From Thermoanaerobaculia bacterium (GTDB lineage: Bacteria > Acidobacteriota > Thermoanaerobaculia > Multivoradales > UBA5704), in assembly GCA_035637095.1 (NCBI GenBank), contig DASPXX010000144.1, positions 7,578-71,577 of the forward strand: a DNA stretch of 64,000 bases. The letters run 5' to 3'. The position numbers were made by a program, and so were the translations under genes. Shown piece after piece: positions 1 to 9,300 of the stretch. Positions within the stretch are counted from its first letter, which is position 1. Each line of letters opens with the position of its first letter. The notes beneath the pieces were generated by a model that was not told the origin of the DNA, searched no databases, and was given only the letters and a program-made list of their open reading frames with translations.

Positions 1-801
1 GGCCGCGTCACCTTCCTCGACAAGGAGCTCCTGCCCGAAGACGGCCGCAGTGGGCGCCGCGAAGCAGACCTCGTGGCCCGGATTCCATTCCGGGACCGGG
101 GGACTCTGCTCGTCCACGTGGAGGTCGAAGCGCGGGCGCGCCGGTCGATGCCTCAGAGGCTCCGCGCCTATGCTCATCGGATCCAGACCCTCTACGAAGG
201 CCAGCTTCTCACCGTCCTGCTGAACCTCCGTGGCGGTCCGTCCGGAGTCCAGAGGGTCCGGCCCGATGGAGAAATCGCCGATCCCGAGTTGTCCAGCTTT
301 CAGTACATCGCCTTCGGCCTGGCCGGCTGCGCCGCGGCGGACTATCTGGAGAGACCCGAGCCCCTCGCCTGGGCTCTGGCCGCCGTCATGCGCCCCGGCT
401 CCATGAGTCGCGCAGAGCACAAGCTCGCCTGCCTGCGCCGGATCGCTGCCTCTCGGCTGAAGCAGGGCCGGGAGCTTCTTCTTGTCAATTTCGTGGAGGA
501 GTATCTCCCCTTGACCTCGGAGGAGACCGCGGAGTATAAAGTTCTCAACGCCCGCAACATGGGCGGGAAGGGGGAAGCCATGTGGATGCCTTGGTCGGAA
601 CGAATGAAGGAGGAGGGCCGGAAGGAAGGCGTCCGGCTCGGGCAGCGCAAGCTCTTGCTCCATCTTCTCGCCCAGCGGTTTGGGCCGCTGCCGGAGGCGG
701 TCCGCAGCCAAGTGGAGGCGATCACCTCGACACGTCGCCTGACCTCCCTGGCCGGCAAGGTCCTGACCGCCCGCTCCCTGGGCGATCTCGGTTTCTGCTG
801 A
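1..801 (+). CDS. Rpn family recombination-promoting nuclease/putative transposase-like protein with DUF4351-like C-terminus (5'-truncated by window edge)
   Basis: Frame 1 is open from base 1 (GRVTFLDKELLPEDGRSGRREADLVAR...). It has a D-LV...HVEVE PD-(D/E)xK-like motif and a C-terminal EEGRKEG...LLLHLLAQRFGPLPE tail typical of this family. Confidence 0.75.
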   Translation, partial: GRVTFLDKELLPEDGRSGRREADLVARIPFRDRGTLLVHVEVEARARRSMPQRLRAYAHRIQTLYEGQLLTVLLNLRGGPSGVQRVRPDGEIADPELSSFQYIAFGLAGCAAADYLERPEPLAWALAAVMRPGSMSRAEHKLACLRRIAASRLKQGRELLLVNFVEEYLPLTSEETAEYKVLNARNMGGKGEAMWMPWSERMKEEGRKEGVRLGQRKLLLHLLAQRFGPLPEAVRSQVEAITSTRRLTSLAGKVLTARSLGDLGFC

Positions 802-823
802 GAGGGGCCAGAAAGGCAATCTC

Positions 824-1783
824 TCAATCTGCCGCCTCGCTCTTCCTCCACCGCTCGCACAACTCCCGGGCCGCCGCCGGCCACTCCGGATACCTGAACG
901 AAAACCCGTCCTCGAGCAGCCGGCCTGGCACCACCCGGCGGCTCTTCAGGATCAACTCCGTCTCGGTTCTGAGGAAGATCGCTCCGATCTCCAGCATCCA
1001 CTTCGCCGCCGGCAGCCCGATGGGCGTGCCCCAGGCCCGCCGCAGAGCCGCCATGAACTCCTTGTTGGGCAGCGGGTCCGGAGCCGCCAGGTTCACCGCG
1101 CCGTTCAGGTGCTCGCGCTGGATGAGCCAGTAGACCGCGCGGATGAAGTCGACCTCGTGGATCCAGGAGACGTACTGACGGCCATCTCCGGCCGTGCCGC
1201 CGAGACCGCGGCGCACCAGTGTCAGCAGGGTGTCGAAGATGCCGCCGCGGTCGGGACTCATCACCACGGCTGAGCGGAGCTTCAACTTGCGCGTCCCGGG
1301 GGTCGGCTCCTCGTCGAGAGCCCGCTCCCAGGAGGTGGCGACGTCGATGCTGAAGCGCCACGTCTCGGGAGCGCCGGGCTCCGAGCCTCCGATCAGGCCG
1401 GACCTCTCGTCGTTGGGGGCATCGTAGCGATGGGCATAGATGGTGGCCGTGCTCGCCTGCAGCCAGACCGCCGGAGGGCGCTTCGCGCTCTGGATGGCCT
1501 TCCCGACAGCATGCACGCTCGCGACGCGCGACTGGAGGATCTCGTTCCGGTTCTTCTGCGTATACCGGCAGTTGACCGAGCGGCCCGCGAGGTTGATCAC
1601 CACGTCCGCCCCGTCGAGCTCCTCAGCCCATTCCCGCGGATCTGTCAGGTCCCACCGGACGACGCGCCAGGGTGCGGGCTTGGGATGGCGTCCGAGGACG
1701 ACGACCTCGTGGCCGTCTCCGTGAAACGCTCGGGCGAGCAGGGTTCCGACCTGCCCCGTGCCGCCTGGAATGACGATCTTCAT
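824..1783 (-). CDS. TIGR01777 family NAD-dependent epimerase/oxidoreductase (YfcH-like, DUF1731 C-terminus)
   Basis: N-terminal IPGGTGQVG Rossmann motif, VINLAG, G.QYVSWIH, and ILKSRRVVPGRLLEDGFSFRYP tail. Confidence 0.9.
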   Translation of the reverse strand: MKIVIPGGTGQVGTLLARAFHGDGHEVVVLGRHPKPAPWRVVRWDLTDPREWAEELDGADVVINLAGRSVNCRYTQKNRNEILQSRVASVHAVGKAIQSAKRPPAVWLQASTATIYAHRYDAPNDERSGLIGGSEPGAPETWRFSIDVATSWERALDEEPTPGTRKLKLRSAVVMSPDRGGIFDTLLTLVRRGLGGTAGDGRQYVSWIHEVDFIRAVYWLIQREHLNGAVNLAAPDPLPNKEFMAALRRAWGTPIGLPAAKWMLEIGAIFLRTETELILKSRRVVPGRLLEDGFSFRYPEWPAAARELCERWRKSEAAD

Positions 1784-1810
1784 CGTCTCGCCTCCTCTGC
1801 CGCGTTCGTT

Positions 1811-1879
1811 TTGAACGCGTTCAAGGAGAGGCTACGCCCCGCGCGCGGAGGATGTCAAGGTAGTTTTGAACGAGTTCAA
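1811..1879. promoter_or_regulatory. Pair of palindromic operator-like sites TTGAACG(C/A)GTTCAA in a divergent intergenic region
   Basis: TTGAACGCGTTCAA at 1811-1824 (perfect palindrome) and TTGAACGAGTTCAA at 1866-1879. Both are preceded by GTT and followed by G. Confidence 0.65.
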
Positions 1880-1925
1880 GTGCTTCGCCCGGAACCAGCA
1901 CCTGGGCGGCACGGTCCAAGGGGTG

Positions 1926-2399
1926 ATGAACCCCAGAGCACTCGTCGTGGCGGCTCTGGCGCTGGCTCTGGTGCAGTGCCGTCAGCCGCCCCAGGAAGAT
2001 CGCCGCCCGGCACCGCCGAAGCGGGAGCCTTCCACCGCGGCTGCACAGCACAAGGCGAAGCCGCCGGTGATCGACCCAAAGCCGGCGACAACCCCGCCAC
2101 GGGAGGGCGAGCCGATCTACCATGTCGGCGGCGCGGTGAGCCGCCCCCAGCTCATCCATCGCATCGACCTCGATGACGACCGTCTGAGCCACCTTCGACC
2201 CGCGGGTGCTCTGATCCTCGCGGCGGTGATCTCGAAGAGAGGTACGATCGAGAACGCAAGGATGCTCAAGCCGGCGGATCCGGAGGTCGAGGCGATGCTT
2301 CTCGGGGCTGTCCGGCAGTGGCGGTTCCGTCCCGCCATGAAAGACGGCAAACCCGTATCGGTCTACTACACGCTGACGCTCAACATCGATTGGCAATGA
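1926..2399 (+). CDS. TonB C-terminal domain protein (energy transducer TonB-like), possible lipoprotein
   Basis: ATG 1926; hydrophobic leader ending LVQC; Pro-rich linker; VISKRGTIENARMLK...AVRQWRFRPAMKDGKPVSV TonB-CTD motif. Confidence 0.8.
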   Translation: MNPRALVVAALALALVQCRQPPQEDRRPAPPKREPSTAAAQHKAKPPVIDPKPATTPPREGEPIYHVGGAVSRPQLIHRIDLDDDRLSHLRPAGALILAAVISKRGTIENARMLKPADPEVEAMLLGAVRQWRFRPAMKDGKPVSVYYTLTLNIDWQ

Positions 2400-3211
2400 C
2401 CATGGACATCTTCAAGGAGAAGGTCTGCCTCATCACCGGCGCCGCCTCAGGCGTCGGCCGGGGGCTGAGCGAGGCCCTGGCGCGGCACGGCGCGCGGGTC
2501 GTCGTGACCGACATCGACGGCGAGGGAGCCGGGCGGGTCGCCTCCGGCATCGGTGAGCGCGCCATGGCGCGCCGGCTCGATGTGGCCGATGCGGAAGCGG
2601 TCGAGGCCCTGGTGCGCGAGGTCGCGGCGTCGCACGGCCGGCTGGACTACATGTTCAACAACGCCGGGTTCGCCATTCTCGGCGAGACCCTCGACTCGAC
2701 CGTCGAGCAGTGGCGGCGGCTCGTGGACGTCAACCTGATGGGGGTGGTCTACGGCTCGCTGGCGGCCTACCGCGTCATGGCGGAGCAGGGGCACGGGCAT
2801 ATCGTGAACACCGCGTCGCTCGCCGGCCTGATCGGCTCGGTCTCGTTCTCCTCCTACGCGATGACCAAGGCCGGCGTGGTGATGCTCTCGAAGATGCTGC
2901 GGTACGAGGGCGCCGGCCGGGGCGTGCGGTTCACGGCCGTCTGCCCCGGCTTCATCAAGACGGGGATCTACGACAATGCCACGTACAACCGCGTCGACCA
3001 GAGGGACGCCTTCGCGCAGATCCCGTTTCCGCTGGTGGAGCTCGACACGGCCATCGAAAAGATCCTCCGCGGCGTGGCTCGCAACCGGGAGCTGATCGTC
3101 TTCCCCGCCTATGCGCGCATCCTCTGGTGGCTGACCCGCTTCGCTCCCGGGCTCACGTCTCCGCTCCACCGCAAGACGGTCCGCGATCTGCGGAAGATCC
3201 GCCAGAGCTGA
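2396..3211 (+). CDS. SDR family oxidoreductase
   Basis: ATGA overlap with the previous stop; TGAASGVG, NNAG and YAMTK (YxxxK) motifs. Confidence 0.92.
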   Translation: MTMDIFKEKVCLITGAASGVGRGLSEALARHGARVVVTDIDGEGAGRVASGIGERAMARRLDVADAEAVEALVREVAASHGRLDYMFNNAGFAILGETLDSTVEQWRRLVDVNLMGVVYGSLAAYRVMAEQGHGHIVNTASLAGLIGSVSFSSYAMTKAGVVMLSKMLRYEGAGRGVRFTAVCPGFIKTGIYDNATYNRVDQRDAFAQIPFPLVELDTAIEKILRGVARNRELIVFPAYARILWWLTRFAPGLTSPLHRKTVRDLRKIRQS

Positions 3212-3387
3212 GAGGAGATCTCGAAGTTGATTCTCCTTCTTGCTTTGCCAGCAACGCTGGTTTAGAGTCGCCGGTGTTATCGCCTTTCGTCAGTTGAAAG
3301 ATCACCCCAGGGGGTGGCGTCCTCGCGGCGGATGCCGGTTTCCCTTTCGGGATCCACGAAGCAGGTTTGGCTCAGGGAGGATCAGAG

Positions 3388-6300
3388 ATGAGAAGTTCTT
3401 GGTCCCTCGCCCGCAGACCGGCTGTATCGACCGCCTTCGCTCTGGCGGTGCTCGCGGCGCTGCCAGGACCGGCTCAGGGTGCCGCCTGCAGCCGGATCGT
3501 CACGGCGCACGTGGTGGCGCTCGACCAGGTCATTTCCTTGAACCGTATGGGCTCGCAGATCCCCGGCGGCATGATGTACGCCCTGGCCCGGGACGTCTTT
3601 CCCGCGGGCACTCCAGTGGACCAGCAGACGGACGCCAACAGCTGCCGCTGGAAGCCGGACCAGTGCAAGCCCGGCCAGGTCGAGCTCCGGCACGACAGGC
3701 GGCCCCGGCCACTGGTCCTGCGGGCCAACGAAGGCGACTGCCTGCAGATCGTCTTCACCAACCTGCTGGGTCCCCAGGAGTGCTTCGACATCAGCGGCAA
3801 GAAGGTCGACTGCAGTGCCACGGACGTCGCCATCAAGCAGCCCTCCACGCCTTGGGCCTCGCTCCACGTCCAGGGCATGCCCTGGGTGAACGGCCCGCAG
3901 GACGACGGCTCGTTCGTCAGCTCTCTGGGGACGAAGCCGCCGCAGGCGAGCAGCCTCGCGGCTTCCGCCCAGGCGACGGGCGCCTCCAGGACCTACGAGC
4001 TGTTCGCCGAGCACGAGGGCTCCTATCTCCTCTACAGCACGGCGGACGACTGGACCTCGAACCCCGCTGTCGCGGCGGGCACTGCGCCGGTCACTGCCGA
4101 CGGCGGCGCGCTCGCCGCCGGCCTCTTCGGTGCCGTCAACATCCAGCCCAGCGGCTTCGACGTCTCCAAGCGATTCCCGGCCGAGTGGTACCGCAGCCAG
4201 GTCACCGAGCAGGACCTCTGCCTGGCGAGCCAGGGCCACAGCAGCAGCGGCGGCCGCTGCCAGTGGGCCGATTCCCGCCAGCTCCCGGTCCTCGACTATC
4301 AGGCCAGGTACCCGGCGGGCCATCCGTACGCCGGGCTGCCGATCCTCAACATGCTCTGCACGGCGGCGACCCCCGGGGTCTGCGACGCGAACGAGCTGGT
4401 CTCGGCCGACCTCACGGCGGTGATCACCGGCCCCAAGGCCGGCCGCTTCCCGGATTTCCCGATCGCGCTCCAGCCGCCCGACCTGCGGCCGATCTATTCA
4501 TCGCCCGACCGGCTGCAGCCGTACCGCGAGTTCACGATCATCTACCACGAGAGCTTCCAGGTCGCGCAGGCCTTCCAGTCGATCTTTTCGACCAGCCCGG
4601 GCGGCCAAGTGCTGCAGGTGGCGCAGGACAACTTCGGGATCAACTACGGCATGGGCGCGCTCGCCCCCGAGCTGCTCTCCAACCGCCTCGGGGTCGGTCC
4701 GGCCGCCAAGTGCACGGACTGCAAATACGAGGAGTTCTTCCTGAGCTCCTGGGCCCTCGGCGACCCCGCGATGCCGGTCGACGAGCCGGCGTCGAGCTGC
4801 CTGGATACCACGACGAACCAGCCGAAGCCCGGCTGTCACGCGACGGCGGCGCTCTACCCGGACGATCCGTCGAACGTCTACCACAGCTACATCTCGGACC
4901 ACACCAAGTTCCGCATCCTCCACGCCGGGCCGGACCTCCACCACCTCCACCACCAGCACGCGCACCAGTGGCTCGGCACGCCCAACTCGCCGAACGGGGA
5001 TTACCTGGACAGCCAGTCGATCGGCCCCGGCTCCTCGTTCACCCTGGAGATGGTCTACAACGGCAGCGGCAACCTGAACCAGACGGTTGGCGACTCGATC
5101 TTCCACTGCCACTTCTACCCTCACTTCGGCTCCGGAATGTGGTCGATGTGGCGGGTGCATGACGTGCTGGAGCGGGGCACCGAGCTCGAGCCTTGCGGCG
5201 GAGCTCTGTGTCCGCGCCAGGGAGCCCGCGCGCTGCCGGACGGCGAGATCGCCCGCGGCACCCCGATCCCCGCGGTGGTGCCGATGCCGACGCTGCCGCT
5301 CGCGCCGGTGCCGGCCCGGGTCGAGCTGCAGAGCTTCTGCTCGAACGATCTGACGAAGACCTGCTCGGCCGATGGTGACTGCGGCGGCGGCAACACCTGC
5401 CAGCAGAGCTACTGCGTGGTCCAGACCGATGCCGTGACCGGCCAGGAGGGGGCGTGCGTGTCCTCCATCCAGGCGAGCCAGACCTCCTGGGAGGAGGAGA
5501 AGAAGTTCCGCAATCCGGGCTACCCCTTCTTCATCCCCGGCATCGCCGGCTCGCGGGCGCCCCATCCGCCGATGGACTTCGCCTATGCCTGCTCGACGAG
5601 CGGCAAGGTCTGCACGCCGGGGACCCCGGCGGGGCTCGGGACTCCCGAGTCGTGCGACGCGGGCGAGACCTGCGACGAGATCAACGGCGGCCTGCCGCGC
5701 CACCTGGTTGCCCGCGGCGGCTCCGTGACCTATCCCAATCCGGCCGGCGGCAACTACCAGCCGACCTTCGATCTCACCCCGACCGATTTCAGCAAGGTGA
5801 TCGCGACGGCCACCGCGGTGCGTCTGCCCGAAGAGGGGACCTGGGTCGAGAAGGTGGCCATGGGCACCCATTCCCAACGGTTCCATGACAGCCAGCTCCC
5901 CGACGGCACCAAGACCGGGGTCTGCTCCGACAACGGCGCCCCCTGCAGCGGGCCGGGCCTGTTGCAGAAGCAGCAGTGCGCCGACCCGCCGCGGGCGACC
6001 TGCGGCGCGACCGGCATCTGCTCGGACAACCGCGCGTTCTGCAGCGGCAATACGCTCGCGGGCAAGCAGCTGTGCGACAACCCGGTGCAGGCGACCTGCG
6101 ACCCGTACAACCGCATCAACTTCGTGCTCAACGGCCTGCCTCCCGAGCACGGCGCCCCCTACGCCGATCCCTGCATCCAGTTCCAGCGCGAAGGCGGCGC
6201 TCCCCAGAACATGCTGAGCCGCCGTTTCCTGGCCGCGGACATCCAGCTCGACGCCATCTTCAACAAGTCCGGCTGGCACTTCCCGCAGGAGAGGATCCTC

Positions 6301-9300
6301 AGCCTCTGGGGCGACGCCCAGGATCTGATCGACCGCAAGAAGCCGCCAGAGCCGTTCTTCATCCGCACCAACTCCGAAGACTGCATGGAGTACGTCTACG
6401 CCAACCTGGTGCCCAACGTGTACGAGCTGGACGACTTCCAGGTGCGCACGCCGACCGACATCCTGGGCCAGCACATCCACCTGGTGAAGTTCGACGTCAC
6501 CTCCTCGGACGGCTCGAGCAACGGCTGGAACTACGAGGACGGCACCTTCGCGCCCAACGAGGTCACCGAGCGCATCCACGCCCTCAACCACGGCGGCGGT
6601 CTGCTGCCTCCTCCGGGCAGCGCCACGACGACGCCCGACAAGGACCTCACGCCCACGTTCATCAAGTTCTTCGGCCCCGGACCGGGCGCCCAGCCGGACA
6701 ATCCGGAGAGCGGCGCCTGGATGGGGGCTCAGGCCACCATCCAGCGCTGGTACGCCGACCCCTTGTTCAACAACCAGGGCTTCTGCTCGACCAATCTCGA
6801 CGTGGCCTGCTCGCTCGACGAGATGAAGTTCGGCATCGCCAAGTGCCCGCGGCTGGGGCGTTGCATCCCGAGCGCCGGCGTCTGCTCGGACAACCAGGCC
6901 CGCTGCACCGACGACGACCGGAGCCGCTGCGGCAAACCGGCGCTGGCGGAGTGCAACTCGATCTACGACCGCACCATCCGGACGGTCTTTACCCACGATC
7001 ACTACGGACCTTCGACGCACCAGCAGGCCGGCCTCTACGCCGGCGTGATCGTGGAGCCCAAGGGCTCGATCTGGCGCGACAACCAGACCGGCGACCAGTT
7101 CGGCGGCTACCGTCCCTCGGTGGGCGCCAACGACGAGGGCCGCACCGCCCTGAGCGGCTACGAAGGCAGGCGCGTCCGGGACGGCGGACCCACGAGCTGG
7201 CAGGCCGTCATCGAGACCGCCAACAAGAACGACAGCTACCGCGAATTCCTGCTCCAGGTCCAGGACTCGACCCTGACCTACCAGGCGTTCGCCGTGGCCG
7301 GCAACCCGTTCGACAAGGAGCGCAAGGGCGTCTGCACCAGTCCAGAGAACAAGGATCAGCCGTGCGGCTTCTGCTCCTACAACGGGGTGTGCGTCGACGC
7401 CTCGACCGGCAATCCCACGCAGGAGCCGCCGCAGCAATGCACCCTGGCGCCGCCCGCGATGCTCAACCAGAACAAGCCGGTGACTTCGACGGGGTGCACC
7501 ACAGGGGTGTGCCGCCTCCACCGCGACTTCCTCACCGCTTGCACACCGGAGGATCTCTCGGCCTGCAAGGCGGGCGTCCTGACTCCCGCTCCGACTCCGC
7601 CGCTCAACCCGACCTATCTGATTGCAGCCGCTGCGCCTGCCCCTGCCTCCTGCAACTTCGTCACCGGCGTGCCGAGCACGAGTTGGGCCGCGGGCAACCC
7701 GATCAGCTCCTCCAACGTCGAGGCGATCACCTTCTACGGCGGCACCAACAACTTCTCGTTCAACTACCGCAACGAGCCGCTCTATGCGCGGACGACCAAC
7801 CCGGCGACCGGCGCCGTCCTCACGGGGAATACCGGCGACCTGGCCTATGCCTACAGCTCCGACCCGGGCCTGAAGCGCCCGAACCCGCGCGGCCAGGTGT
7901 GCTCGAACAACCTGGCCACGGCCTGCACCGCCGACGCGGGCTGCCCGGCCGCCACGGCGGGCTCCTGCGCCTGGGCCGGTTTCTGCTCGGACAACTCGGC
8001 CCTCTGTACCTCCGCCAACGTGACGCTCTGCAGCGATTCCACGAAGGCGACGTGCAAGGGAGCCTGCGACCCGCAGACCCAGGCCTCCTGCGACACCTCG
8101 TTCCCCTACCCCGAGCTGCCCCTGATTCCGGGGGTGCCGGTCGAGCCGGGCGACCCGTTCACGCCTCTCCTGCGCGCCTACGCGGGCGACGACATCCAGA
8201 TCCGGCCGCTCATCGGCGCCCACATCAACCCGCACAACTACACGATGAACGGGCTCAAGTGGCTGCTCGAGCCGTCGTTCGTCGACTCCGGCTGGCGCAA
8301 CAGCGAGGTGATGGGCATCTCGGAGCACTTCGAGCTGCTCACTCAGGTGGCGAAGCCTTTCTCGCCCGCCGCTTCCGGCCAGAAGCCCTGGGAGGACTAC
8401 CTGTACCAGCCGGGGTTCGCCATCATCGAGCAGGCGTCGGGCAACTGGGGCCTGCTGCGCGCCTACGACACCAAGCAAAACGAGCAAAATCCTCTCTACG
8501 CGCTGCCCCAGAACCAGCCTCCGGCGAACGCGCCGGGCTCGCGCGCCGTCTGCCCGAAGGGCGCGCCGCCCCAGTCGTACGAGGTGATGGCCGTCAACGC
8601 CGACCTGGTCTACAACCAGTCGAGCCCCCTGGGCCTCAAGAACGCGGACGGAATCGTGTTCGCCAAGAAGGGCGATCCCAACCTGGACTGCACCGTCACC
8701 AACGGCGTTGAAACGTGCTCGTACAAGGAAGGAGTCACTCCGCAACCGCTCGTGCTCCGCGCCGCGGCCGGGGACTGCATCGAGGTGACGCTGACCAACG
8801 CGATCGACGCGACCAAGCTGGCGGCGGGCACGTCGTCGACGCAGACCAACGCCAAGTCCAACACCTCCGCCGAGGTCGGCCTGCACCCGCAGCTCCTGAC
8901 CTACGACATGCGCGCGAGCGACGGCACCAACGCGGGCTTCAATCCGGTCCAGACCGCCGCTCCTGGCAAGTCGGTCCACTACGAGTGGTATGCCGGCAGC
9001 ATCGACACCTCCAAGAGCCCGGCGGTTTACATCCCCATCGAGCTCGGCGCCTCCAACCTGCTGCCGCCGGACCCGATCAACCACGCGATCAACGGCCTGT
9101 TCGCCGGCCTGATCATCGAGCCGAAGGGGGCGACCTGGAAGGAAGGCAATCCGCTGTCGGGCTCGACGGCGTCGACCGAGGCCGTGGTCACCGTGCACAA
9201 GCCCGGCGGCAAGACCGAGCAGTTCCGCGAGTTCGTGATGTTCACCCAGGACGGGCTCCCCAAGGCTTTGAGCGCCGATGTGGTGAACTACCGGACCGAG

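Noticed and set aside
3240-3300. Sigma54 promoter for the oxidase
   Set aside because: The best GG...GC candidate (TGGTTTAGAGTCGC) has 9 rather than 10 intervening bases and poor consensus.
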